The notes: generated by a model not told the origin, from the letters alone. A DNA stretch of 62,936 bases, filler included, from Corallochytrium limacisporum Hawaii (GCA_002811645.1; 5 parts of 5 records of this genome joined end to end with filler, not necessarily neighbours in it), one strand, 5' to 3'. Shown: positions 48,676 to 60,833, counted from the whole stretch's first letter. Made by a program: numbers and translations.

Positions 48676-49593
48676 CTAAACACGGACTGTGCTAACACCA
48701 CGGTTCTCAGCCTTCTCGCCACGGACAGTGCCAACACCACGGTTCTCAGCCTCCTCGCCACCGACAGTGTCAACACCACGGTTCTCAGCCTTCTCGCCTC
48801 CGACAGTGTCAACACCACGGTTCTCAGCCTTCTCGCCTCCGACAGTGTCAACACCACGGTTCTCAGCCTTCTCGCCTCCGACAGTGCCAACGCCACCGGG
48901 CCTAGTCACCTCGCGACGGACAGTGCCAACACCACGGGGCCCAGTCTTCTCGCCACGGACAGTGCCAACACCACGGGGCCCAGTTACCTCGCCGACGGTG
49001 CCAACACCACGGTTCTCAGCCTTCTCGCCTCCGACAGTGTCAACACNNNNNNNNNNNNNNNNNNNNNNNNNNNNNNNNNNNNNNNNNNNNNNNNNNNNNN
49101 NNNNNNNNNNNNNNNNNNNNNNNNNNNNNNNNNNNNNNNNNNNNNNNNNNNCACCACGGTTCTCAGCCTTCTCGCCTCCGACAGTGTCAACACCACGGTT
49201 CTCAGCCTTCTCGCCTCCGACAGTGCCAACACCACTGGGCCTAGTCACCTCGCGACGGACAGTGCCAACACCACGGGGCCCAGTTACCTCGCCGACGGTG
49301 CCAACACCACGGTTCTCAGCCTTCTCGCCACGGACAGTGCCAACACCACGGTTCTCAGCCTTCTCGCCTCCGACAGTGCCAACACCACCAGGCCCAGTCA
49401 CCTCACCAGAAACGGGACAATCACCTAGCCCAGCCAACTCGCCTGAAACGGGACAACCATGGGGATTAGCCACCTCGCCAGAAACGGGAGGCCCGTGCCC
49501 TACATCAACGAGAGGCCCGGGCGTGGGGACGGGCGCGGCAAGAGCCAAGGCCAGGCTGCTCATGCCAAGTGCAATTGAAAGTTTTCGTACCAT
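48676..49593 (-). CDS. Secreted tandem-repeat protein (12-13-aa units GV[GD]TV[GR]GEKAENR / GVGTV.EVT.P.)
   Basis: Signal peptide MVRKLSIALGMSSLALALA; 36/39-bp in-frame repeats; gap inside the array. Confidence 0.75.
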   Translation of the reverse strand: MVRKLSIALGMSSLALALAAPVPTPGPLVDVGHGPPVSGEVANPHGCPVSGELAGLGDCPVSGEVTGPGGVGTVGGEKAENRGVGTVRGEKAENRGVGTVGEVTGPRGVGTVRREVTRPSGVGTVGGEKAENRGVDTVGGEKAENRGXXXXXXXXXXXXXXXXXXXXXXXXXXXXXXXXXXXXVDTVGGEKAENRGVGTVGEVTGPRGVGTVRGEKTGPRGVGTVRREVTRPGGVGTVGGEKAENRGVDTVGGEKAENRGVDTVGGEKAENRGVDTVGGEEAENRGVGTVRGEKAENRGVSTVRV

Positions 49594-49749
49594 TCTTATT
49601 CACGGAGCGTTCACAAAACTGAAACCGTGTCTTTTGATCCCACTTTTCATGATCTCGTATTACTGCAGATCTGATCCTTTTTATAACTTAATTGATCTTA
49701 GCTTGTCTATCGGTATGGTACGTTTTATTTCCTAGATATGAAAGTCCGC

Positions 49750-51350
49750 ATGGGTTGACACTCCCGGCCACTTTTCTTTGATTTACAATGACACGAGAGC
49801 CAGCCAGACCAAAGAGGTCATTTTGTCCGCGGAAGTACGATTTCGACCGCAACCTAGGGGAAAGGTTCCGCCATATGCGGTGATAGATTTTGTCAAGACA
49901 TAGGACCACTGTAATCACCAAATGAAGATGAGTTTGATCTTTCAATGGCGTCGACAAGCCTGAGGTGTTACTTTGCCCAGTCAACATGGAGAAGAGGAAA
50001 CTACTCGTCAACAGGCGCAGCCACAACTACACTTTGTCTCGGATCTGTCTGAGACTTGGGTAGACCTTCGATATGATTAAATATCAATTACCATTTTCTG
50101 AAGGTCCTTTTGTCCACATGCGAATGTAAAGGACGCGAAAGGGGCCTGATATCCATTTCCTCCTTTCTGTTTATTGACATCCTAGTATGTTTTGCCATGT
50201 TGTATGGTACCCTTCTAATCAACACTGACATTGAGAATACTACAGCAACAGCTAATATACAAACCAACTACGACGGTTGCCAAATGCTTCGATCGACAAC
50301 AAGTTTCGGTAAAATCTCAATATGTTCCGGCGGGCTGGACAAAGACTATCTGTCGCCGCAAATCGTAAATAGATCTCTGAATCTGTCGATGTTTCCGTCC
50401 TCACCGCATAGATGTCCAAACAACCCGCGGCTCTACCTTGCTGTCGGCGGCTCCGCACGGCGGGTCTGTTTTGAGCATAATACATAACATCCTTACCAGA
50501 TGCATTCAGATCCACATTCTTTTAAACAAGATCTAAATCGATGAGATTACAACGTTAACAGGAAAGGCAGTTTGAACCGCGTCAGTTGCACACCTTACCA
50601 ATTTGCCGAGATCCTGCAAGAGAATAATGAATGGACTGCCAGGGAGATGGCACGCGCGTGATATGAAACACCCATAGTGTTTATCACGCAGTCCTCCTTG
50701 GAAAGCCCCCCACACCCTTGGCTGAACCTCACACTTCTTTTGATACCTAATGTACGCACACACAGGGGCCGAAGGTGAAGGCTCGGAGCAAATCGCCAAT
50801 CACGGGGACAACTTTTGCGGGTGGAAGCGGACCTTAAAATTTCTGTGGAAAGGGAAACCAACATGATCTCGACCAGTCAGTCAGTAAACGGGCCACGGAA
50901 CCGTCAAGGGGTGGGGTCTGCCCTATGCCAGTGTGGCGGGCAATGTATTTCCTGGACAGCAACCAGGGAGAGGCCAGTAGTCCAGGTAATGGGCGAGTGG
51001 TATGACTTGATCACCCTTAGAGGCTCCCGTTTTAGTGATGCAATTCTAGGCCAGCAATATTTAACCTACGCCCGTATTAGAAAGTTAACCTATGCCCGTA
51101 TTAGAAAGCCTCCAAAATCCATTGTCCACATTCCACGAACTCCCCCACCCGCCCAATGCGTGAATCAACCGATGAACCACACCTTCCAAGTCAAGCGGGT
51201 TCTTTCGGCAAACATTGGGGCATCTGCACCTCAACATTACCAGGACGGACAACCAATGATGGTGCACAACAAATGTCGTCATCTTCCGCCCATCCACTCG
51301 CCTTGGAGGCGCGATAATGTGGAAGTGTTACGATTTGCTATAATATGGAT
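49750..51350 (-). mobile_element. Degenerate Ty3/gypsy-like pol relic (RT to integrase)
   Basis: SSWNVDNGFWRL (RT motif A-like, ~51105-51140), LPGLLASP (~50965-50990) and HVDW...LVDA (integrase-like, ~49945-49990). Confidence 0.42.
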
Positions 51351-51925
51351 CTAGAAGGTGCGTCACTTGTCTGGGCTTATCACACGTATCGTGGCAAGCG
51401 TGTTCATGTTCTTGACCGTGTACCATACACTGTTCTGAAGACACCGCGATCGTGGTCATTCATCATTCGGTTACTGGTAGACTTATCATTATATTATTGG
51501 TTTTTAGTGGTCCCATGTCAATCATTCTCATCGAGCTCATCTCGGTATGGTGTTGAAAAGAATTTCCTGTTTCGTCACTTTCCGTAAATTTTGACGGGGA
51601 TCAACTGGGAGGCGAATTCTTTGCGAGCTGTTCGATGCTGCCCATCTGGAAATGGCAGACCACGGGCTAAACAGGCGCGGCGGATCTCATCTTCTCCTTG
51701 GATCGAATGTTTGCACGGGAAACATGTGTTGAGGTCACATTCAAGGAACGTGTTCATCGCACCAGTCCTGCGTCACCCTTTCGCGACCTACGCAAGCCCC
51801 AGCATTGTATTTTCAAGCCCGGCCTTTATTCGTTATTTCTACCTTGTCGATTTTAATTCTTTGTACCTGTCAAAGAGACGACCGTTTGTTTGTCTCGTTA
51901 GTTTCAAGACTTCAAGGATATCCGT

Positions 51926-52797
51926 TTACACTCCAGCTGCCGGACGGACGGTGCGCGGACGGACGGCGCACCAAATCTTCGGTGCCTTTGGTTTGTACTT
52001 TGGTGTTTGGCCCTTTTCACCGTTCGTTTCGGCATCATCGTAGGTGATAGAACCGTGAGCGCCGGAGTAAGTCGCCCCGTGGTACCGCAGAAGACGTGGA
52101 TACTGATCATCGGAACCACCTACGTCGACATAGAGACGGGCATCATCATCGGTAGAATAGAAGCGGTATGGATTGCTCGCGATGGATGATGTCACGTACT
52201 TTGGAGTTTTGGCCACTCGGTTCCGAGGATGCGGAACTGAGTGAGAACGTAATCCTGACAGTTGCGTCCCAACTTGAACATATTCTCCTGCAGTGGTCCA
52301 GCGATGCTGTACCAGACTTGTCCGCCCCACTGATTGACACCGGTCTCGATGAGGATAGCCGGCTTCTTTCCACCACTGCCATCGGTCCTTTTGAAGATTT
52401 TGCTGCATGGAGCAAAACCATCGATGTAATCTAGTGGGCATGGAGGGTTGGGATCCTTTGTATCGCAGAACTGGTCACCATCAGTGTTTGCGTTAGCCAG
52501 ATCGTAGTCTAAGTAGCAGTTGTCATAGATATCCGGAATGCCATCACCATCAGTATCCTTGAGCTCTGCTGAGCAACATTGTCTGTTTGTACATGATCCA
52601 GAGCACATATAGTTGTCCGGTTTTGACTTTACTGTACCATCTGTGCAGGTGTAGCCACCACACAACTCGTTACAGCACTTTTTCTGACAATCTACAATAT
52701 CCATACAGATAGTGCCAGACGTGCCCCTCTTCCTCACACTGTTCGATTCGCATCTCCATTGCCAACAAAAACGCTCATAGGAAGATGTTGGCAGTGT
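51926..52797 (-). pseudogene. Disrupted extracellular protein: two Cys-rich repeats + thrombospondin type-3-like Ca-binding repeats + C-terminal domain
   Basis: DTDGDGIPDIYDNC and NTDGDQFCD; C-x4-C...C...C...CC units. The frame is open from 52797 without an initiating ATG/signal, and there is a frameshift near 52200-52230. Confidence 0.65.
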
Positions 52798-54096
52798 CTA
52801 TACCCTCAAGAGTGACTTGAGTCATGGTCGTGGCGCATGTCCCATCAATAAGACCACCGGCTCCTCGCCGATCTTACTTCCTTCAAAGAAGCATTTCTCT
52901 GGTCCATTCTGCTGGGTTTTGCACAAATCAAGCCTCCTGTCATCTTTGTGTATCCCAATTACGTCATAAAGACCCACACAGGCACTCATGAGTCTTAGTA
53001 AATAACAGCGCACTGTTGTCGCAATGAGACGGAAAAGACAGGCCATTCTTCGCAACCCGACAAGAGTGGAGGACGATACCGGCCAGTGGTCTGCGTACTC
53101 CCTCTTTGGAGACGGCATCTCAGGTATTGAAAAGGCGATCGAACTGTCAATGGATACGCTCTGCGAGGTTGCATATGGTCGCATTGGGAAAGCAACGATT
53201 GGAAACGCTCCTGAAAGGGCAGTGAAAATGACCTGGGGGATAACGAATGCAACAGGGGTACAGCCAGAGGCTGTGGCGAAGCTGCTGGTGCGTCCCGGGC
53301 CCTTATCACCGAAGTCCGTATGGTGTTATTCCTCCGATGCCCGCACAGTTCGGGTTGGCCTTGACCTTTGGTTCACGCTAGTGGACCAAAACCGGGAGAG
53401 CTGTTAATATTTGTTTCAAGGGTCTCCTGTCCACAATCCCAATATAGACGACATTGCCCCAAACTGCAGCCATCCTACGCTGCAACTACCCGGGGCTTGG
53501 CCCACGGTTTCAGTAAAAACGTTTCGGAGGATAAAAAGCAGATGAGAAGGCACATTGAAAAAGAGCCACCCACGAAACATAATTTCCCCATCGCTATCAG
53601 GCGAGAAACATGGACCAGGGAACAAAATTCTTCCCCATACGGTTTCCTCCGCGTTGGATTGAGTCTCCCACTTCACCTCCCCCTTCTCTTTGCCTCCGGG
53701 TAAGCTTCCCGCTACCCTTACTCCTTCACACACGAGCGGGTCCCAAGGACCCCACCCAGCCAGGGAAGGGGGGCTTTTCGGAAGTATGGGGGTGTGTTGA
53801 AGAAGCGGGCGCAAACCACCGGCGGATATCACCAAACGTCAAACGGGAGCAAACGTGGGCTCCCTGTCATACCCAGAGTTTCCAATTTCAGATTCAAAAC
53901 CTCCAGGTTTCAACATACCACCCTCTGTCTCATAATATTAGGCCGAATCTACTAACATTGGTTTCATTCGAATCCAGACCGCAGTGGCGGGAAATTNNNN
54001 NNNNNNNNNNNNNNNNNNNNNNNNNNNNNNNNNNNNNNNNTTAATTAATTAANNNNNNNNNNNNNNNNNNNNNNNNNNNNNNNNNNNNNNNNNNNN

Positions 54097-54132
<36 letters not shown>

Positions 54133-55551
54133 CGAGACGAAGAGACAGAGAGAGAGATTGTATATATATATGTGAGTGAGTGCGCGAGTGGACATCGTAT
54201 TCGCAAAGGTGGACACAGTCAACTTGTCCACCGTGGACCTTCTCGAAAACCCGGGCCACTGCGTTTGAGCAAACAGGGACTTTTCTGTGAGAACAAAATC
54301 CACGACCATGGCCGTCCCCCCCCCCCCGCGGGGGGAACGCCACACACCAGTGCCCGATTTTCATGCACACCACACCAATACCTGCGTCGATTTCAGTGTG
54401 AATTCCTACTGGTGCGCTGCCCTTCCTGGTCAATCGTTCATCTTCTCCCCGCTTCCCGCCACTCCTCGTTCACAACACCTACCTATGTCCCTTCTCGCAC
54501 GGTCCCAACTGTACACTGACAACAAGCACCACGCACACGGCGACAGGTAAAATTAAGGACGCATGCACCCATCAGCCACGAATCCAAAACCCCGGGAGGG
54601 AGGGAGGATGATGATGACGAGAGCAAGCGTGTGCATGATCCAGCTTTCCCACTTCGGGGAACAACACGATCGATTCGGTATCTCGACCGGTCGCGTTTAG
54701 GAAAGGCACACACAACCCAGTAGGCCCCGCGTGCCGGTTGTATCCCCAATGACGAAACATGGAGTGCAGTTCCCGTAAACTAAGTATGGAACTTGCCCGC
54801 CGAGTGTGCACACTTCGTACGGGCCAATGAGATACCATCTTCTCCCACAACTACCGGAGATGTTCAATACATTCAGTATGAATTACCAACAAGGTGTACA
54901 CAAATCACCACCACCGCCAATTGTACAACTTCTCCCTAAAACACCGGATATATCTGGCATAGTTTCACTATGAAAGAACCGACTTCCGGTGCACAAATCA
55001 TCTCTTCTCAACAGACTGTTTTCGTTTCCCTCACACGATACCCAAATCTTCATATATTCAGTATGAAAGGATCGGATTGGTTGAGCACTGCTCATATCAT
55101 CCACCAGGACAACATCCCCGATTCTAAAACCATAGTATTCTTTTGTATCTCAGTGGTCCGTCCGCCGGGATTTGTATGGTGGACATTCGGGATTTTTTGT
55201 TTCACGGATGCTGCTACCGGTCATCGTTTATTCTGTCAATTTTACTTTTTAGTTTTTCATTTCTCTTTATTTTTTTCTTTGTGTTTCTTTATTCTGGGTA
55301 GAGGAACACTGGACACTGCTGCCATGGCAAGTTCACCAGACCGCTGAGGAGTCCCGCACTAAACATAGCAACAAAGCCACTAATTTGGCCCCCCCTCCCC
55401 TTTATTCTTGTACCATAATACCAACAGCGAGTGGCAGAAAAGGGGGGGGGTGGGAGTGGCAGACATTGATTTGGGTGGTATTTGTATTGATGGGCACAGA
55501 GGTTGGCGTTTTAAAATTTGAAAAGAAAGGAGAGAGAAAGACCGGAGAGTG

Positions 55552-55627
<76 letters not shown>

Positions 55628-56540
55628 GTGTGAGGTATGGAATGTTCCGCCGTTAGGATATGCTCGTGCTCAAAGATCAGAGTTTTTCCCTTTCTCTCTC
55701 TCTCTCCCCCTCTCTCTCTGTCTCTCGTGTTTTTTTCATAAAAGTTCCCACCGCCAGACAATTTCACCGGTGGCCAAAGCAAAGGAGTACTATAAGAAAC
55801 AGCAAACTAGAACTGTAGACTCAAAACAAACCAGCCAAGGGGAAGAATACTCCGCCCGGTGAAAGTCCAGACGGGCACTACTGCAAACTTTTTTTTCCCG
55901 TGCGCAGAGGGGACACAAACGTGCGCGCATTGTACAACCAAAACAAGGGAAAAGGGCCCGGAGCAGTAGAGGGGTTTATAAAATAAGAAACAAAGACCAA
56001 TAGCTAAAGGGTGAAAAAAAAGCCGGATGAGTTCTGCTGTGTGCTGCTTGCCCCGGACCTCTCCTCCCCCGACGCCAACGGCGATTCATTTCTGACTAAA
56101 GTGTCGGGCCCCAAACGAAACGGAGGAATCTGGCGCCTGCTCCCCGGTTGGTGGTGCGTGTGTGTATTGTGTGCTGCTGGTGATGGGCATGGGAGCAGTG
56201 AAGGAGTGAATCACGGGGGGAGCAGGCCAACCATGCGCAAATGGTGCCCTGCAACATCCCGAGAGCCATGTACATGGGTGAGCATCATGTATTTGCAATT
56301 GCTCGGTATTTCACCTTCCTGTGACCATAACGAAGTGCACGGTTGACTAATTCGGCACGAGCTTAAGACAATTGGCCACGTTTTTCCAAGCAAAGCAGGA
56401 GGAGAGCGGAGTGAGACAGGGAGATAGTCCCGGGAGCATGAAAGACACACCTCTCTCTCGCTCCCCCTTGTCTCGGTGTCTCCCTCCCCGACCTCGATCG
56501 GAACATTCTCGTCCGGGGGCCCGGGAGCAGAAATTGGGGA

Positions 56541-56615
<75 letters not shown>

Positions 56616-57309
56616 GACAGGCACAGGCAGAGAGAGTTGGAGTTTCTCTCTCTCGTTCAGTCTCTATGACTCCATAATACACTATGCCATTTAACCCCCT
56701 TCCCCCCCTTTTCCCCCGTTGGTTGCTGTGGCTGCAGCAAAGGCATCCACTTTCCTTTTGTGTCCAATATCAAGCAAGATCTGTGTGTGCCCATGGAAGA
56801 ACCAGGACAAAGAAAAAATATTCACTGGCTGGGGAGAGAAAGCATAGGGACTAGAGAGACGAAAGAGCAAAAGAAACCGAGAGGGGGAGAGAGAGAGAGA
56901 CAGAAACCATGGCGAGAGATACCAATGGCTCACAGCGCACAATTCCTGTGATCTAAAAATACACTGAACGGACGTGTTCCGAGATCCGTTTTAAGCTGCA
57001 ACATCTTCGTTTGTTTTCTTTTGGACCGACCTCAATTCCTTTTGGCGTCTCCCTTTGCTTTTATTTTTTCTTCCTTCTCGCTCCCCTGTGCTCTCTCGGC
57101 TCCATCGTTGTACAAGGCCGACCCCGAGAATTTGTTCAAACCAACGGTAGTAGTTGTAGTAGTTCCAGCACAGCACGTTCCAAGGATATATCGGGTAAAC
57201 CCCTTGGCCCAGTCAAAAGCATTCTATGCGAAAGCGCAGGGCAAGGATAAAGTGTGTGTAATTTGCGGTTCACCCTACCTTAACCCTGGGCTGTACCACC
57301 ACAAAATAC

Positions 57310-57386
57310 ACACACTTTGGGACCTAAAGGTCTCTTCACAACCAAAATGCACACACTTTGGGACCTAAAGATCTCTTCACAACCAA
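57310..57386. repeat. Tandem duplication, 41-bp period x2
   Basis: acacactttgggacctaaag[ga]tctcttcacaaccaa occurs twice. Confidence 0.9.
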
Positions 57387-57732
57387 TCCACAATGGGAGG
57401 TGGGGGAAGGCGATGGCGATCCCTGATCTAAAGGCCTAAGCTGGAGATGTGGTCGTGGGGTGGCCCCCCGGGGGGGGGGGGTTGGTTTTAAAATGAAAGC
57501 CGAGGGTCCTGGCTGGCTGCAGTCGATGGGACGGTGTTGTGTGTTTCTGTTGGCTTTTGCGTCGACATTTTAATCGGAAAACGGAGATGGGAGATCCGAA
57601 GAGTTCCAGAGCGGAAGAAGAAACAAGATTCATGTGTATGTATGCATATGCATGTATGTATGTATGTATGTATGTACGCATGCATGCATGCATGTTTTTT
57701 GTTGCCGTAATTTGCAGCTTTGTGTTACCCGA

Positions 57733-60186
57733 TTAGACAGTGATGGTCAGACTGACAGTGTTCTCCTCCTCAATGCCACCGTTCGGACCCATTCGCCCAC
57801 TGCCAACATTCAAACCGGAGGCACTGTCCTCAGCCCGAATACCTACACGGTAAGTGCCAGAGGGCAGACCAGTCAAGGTCCACTCGAACGGGTAGACCTC
57901 CTCGCCCTGCAGGAAGGTTCGACCCCCGCAGTGGTAGTCGGTGCCCTTGTAGTTGGCGGGCATACCGGAGCCAATATCTGCAAACACCAGAGTCACCCCC
58001 TCGGACAAGGAGTTGGCAAACGTGTTGTCAAGAGCATGGCTGTCCGAAGAGCTGTCCACACGAACTCGATGGCCACTAATGAACTCCAGGTCGTATTTGG
58101 CCTGCGATATGTACACATTGTAGTGAACGGGCCGGGTCTGATCGATGGCCAGGTCCCACTGTACCGTCATGGCATTGTCAGAGGATCGGATGACTTTCTG
58201 AACCCCCGTACGGGCAGGCTGTTCCGCGCTATTCGCACTCCCCTTTACAGCATAGAATGCCGCACTACTGTTGCAGCTGTAGTAGCCATTGGAGGTGTTG
58301 GACCATGTGGGGGCAGCCGTATCAGTGGGCAACGACTCAGCAGCCACGTTGGAGCTCTGGCTCACATTGATGTCCGTGATGAACGGCAGAGTGCCAAACG
58401 TTGACACATCAGAAATGTAGTCGCCATAGATGGGGGTGTTGGGAGCGTTGCTTGGATCCTTCCAGTAGTCTAGCTGCAGAACGACCGCGTAGCTGTCCGG
58501 GCGGGAGAATTCCGTGATGACCTTGGGCAGCATGAAATTGCGATTCTCTTGGTAGTAGGGGGACAGTTTGTAGTCATCGTCTCCGTAGTCAGAACCGGCG
58601 TAGAAGGACTCGAAGAGCACGAAATCGACGTGTTGGGCAGGATTGAAGTCGTACTGGTAGCTGATGTGGGGCACAAAGTAGAACAGGCCACGGTTCAGCA
58701 GGAACAGGGTGGAAGGGAAGGTATTGTCCAGGTCGCGCACGACGTCTAGGATGCCATCGGCAGCCCAGCCTCGGCCGTTCCAGGGATCACCCACCTCGGG
58801 AGCGTCCAGGAAGATTCCATCAAAGCCTAGATCATTGATCCAGTGTTTTACTTCATCGAGAATGATGGAGCGCCACTGTTGGTCGCCAGAGTCAATATAA
58901 TAGCCCCCCCAGGTGCCGTGGGTGTCGATGTTGCCGTCCTGATCAGCGTCGATATAGAACGGAGCGACTCCGGCATTGGCGTACTGGCGCTCACCGTTTG
59001 CAAAGTGCACGGGGCCAGAACCGTCCCCCGTGATCACTTTCCCAGCTGGAGCCATGGGACTGGATCCAGCCTGCTCACCAATGGACACATACGTCAGGAC
59101 AGCAACGTCATCTGTGGTGCCCCTTTGACCGTCAGCGCCGACCTGAATACGCCCCAGCACGTCACTCATTTCAGCTTGGGATCCCCCGAAGGATGAGGGG
59201 TGCACGATGACCAGATGGAACTGGTGCAGGTCCGCCAGTGTGTTCGTCGCAACTGTGTCAACATTCCAGTTCCCGTAGTTAATGTACCAGTTCCTGTACG
59301 AGGGCAGGGAGCGCACTCGGGTGCCGCCGTAGTCGTCCGCCAAGGACTTGGTGCCGCCCTGGTACAGGGTGGGGGGCACGAAACCGGAGTCAGGGCTGGA
59401 GGGATCCTCAGTCGTAGTGGACGTGGGAGTGGAAGTGGTGCTACCGTCAGGAACACACACATCCTCCGTTCCGCACTGATTGGTGTCGCACTCGACACAG
59501 AGTGCGGCCTTGCCACTGCCACACTGGCAGCCACCAGTGGCGCAGGTGGCACAGTCCATAGCGTTGTTGTCCCAGCAAGGTGTGCCGGAGATGGATGCAG
59601 TCCAGCGGTTCAAGACACAGTTACCATCTCCAGTGGTAGAGGTAGTGGTAGAGGTAGTGGTAGAGGTAGTACTTTGAGTGGTGGTAGTGGTAGTGGTGGT
59701 AGTGACGTCAGGGACACATTCATCCTCGGTCATGCACTGATCGGTGCCGCACTCGACACAGAGTGCGGCCTTGCCACTGCCACACTGGCAGCCACCAGTG
59801 GCACACATGGCGCAATCCTTATCGTTGTCGTCCCAGCAAGGTGCACCGGAGATAGCTGCGGTCCAACGGTTCAAGATACAACCTTCATCAACAGAGGTAG
59901 TAGTAGTTTCCTGTGGGGTGCTGGTTGAGGTAGCAGTGGTTCCATCATCGGGAAAGCAGACAGACTCACCATCACAGCTTTCACCGCACTCAACGCAGAC
60001 ATTCCCCTTACCTGGGCCACACTGGCATCCCCCAGGAACACAGATGGCGCAATCCTGACTTTCATCGAAGAAGCAAGCTGCTCCGCTCGCAGAGCTGGTC
60101 CACTTGTTGAGAGCGCACCCTTGTGCCTTGCACTCTGTCGCGAACATGGTGTTCAGCGCCACCATGAACATAAGTTGGTAGAGCAT
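57733..60186 (-). CDS. Secreted modular glycoside hydrolase: 3 Cys-rich modules with Thr-rich linkers, GH114/PelA-like TIM barrel, FN3-like C-terminus
   Basis: Signal peptide; YVSIGE, W...I...GFDGIFLD, LNRGL and VLFES motifs of endo-alpha-1,4-galactosaminidase-like enzymes; TVQWD.A.D...YNVY and LTGLPSGTYRVGIRAED are FN3-like. Confidence 0.85.
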   Translation of the reverse strand: MLYQLMFMVALNTMFATECKAQGCALNKWTSSASGAACFFDESQDCAICVPGGCQCGPGKGNVCVECGESCDGESVCFPDDGTTATSTSTPQETTTTSVDEGCILNRWTAAISGAPCWDDNDKDCAMCATGGCQCGSGKAALCVECGTDQCMTEDECVPDVTTTTTTTTTQSTTSTTTSTTTSTTGDGNCVLNRWTASISGTPCWDNNAMDCATCATGGCQCGSGKAALCVECDTNQCGTEDVCVPDGSTTSTPTSTTTEDPSSPDSGFVPPTLYQGGTKSLADDYGGTRVRSLPSYRNWYINYGNWNVDTVATNTLADLHQFHLVIVHPSSFGGSQAEMSDVLGRIQVGADGQRGTTDDVAVLTYVSIGEQAGSSPMAPAGKVITGDGSGPVHFANGERQYANAGVAPFYIDADQDGNIDTHGTWGGYYIDSGDQQWRSIILDEVKHWINDLGFDGIFLDAPEVGDPWNGRGWAADGILDVVRDLDNTFPSTLFLLNRGLFYFVPHISYQYDFNPAQHVDFVLFESFYAGSDYGDDDYKLSPYYQENRNFMLPKVITEFSRPDSYAVVLQLDYWKDPSNAPNTPIYGDYISDVSTFGTLPFITDINVSQSSNVAAESLPTDTAAPTWSNTSNGYYSCNSSAAFYAVKGSANSAEQPARTGVQKVIRSSDNAMTVQWDLAIDQTRPVHYNVYISQAKYDLEFISGHRVRVDSSSDSHALDNTFANSLSEGVTLVFADIGSGMPANYKGTDYHCGGRTFLQGEEVYPFEWTLTGLPSGTYRVGIRAEDSASGLNVGSGRMGPNGGIEEENTVSLTITV

Positions 60187-60833
60187 GATTGCAGAGAGAA
60201 GAGAGGAATTGAGAGAAAATGTGCGTGGATGTACGTGCTTATTTGTTTCCTGTTTGTTGGAGTACTTGCACCCATCTATCGGATGCGAACCATCTCCGGA
60301 TCCGGATCACTTAAGTACCCGATCGTCCATGGCAATGGAAACATCTATTGTGTAGCAGCATCAAAATGTTACCTACTCCACTCACCTTTAAATCATGAAT
60401 TGGATCTTAGAATTTCCCAACAAGGTCATCGGGAACGGACAAACGAAAACGCGCCACTGTGGCAGGGAAGCTCTCAATCACTGCTGCTCACGGGGATCAC
60501 ACCCCGATCGAGCCGCGATCCTCGGCCGCACCGGCCCCCCACCCCACCGAGGGTCCTTCCGCCCCCCTTNNNNNNNNNNNNNNNNNNNNNNNNNNNNNNN
60601 NNNNNNNNNNNNNTTAATTAATTAANNNNNNNNNNNNNNNNNNNNNNNNNNNNNNNNNNNNNNNNNNNNTTTGTACGACTACGATGTGTTCAATGTCAAG
60701 CCAAAGTCAAAATAGTCCTTTTTTGAGAGTAGCAGGGACTCTTCGTTTGAATCAGCTATTGAAATATTTGTGTATGATTGTTAAAAAGAGCAAAATATAA
60801 TAAAATAGAATAGAATCAATATAAATTAACCTA

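Noticed and set aside
48689-49735. 348-aa Pro/Thr-rich plus-strand ORF
   Set aside because: Open because the repeat unit lacks stops; the signal peptide and upstream motif support the minus strand.
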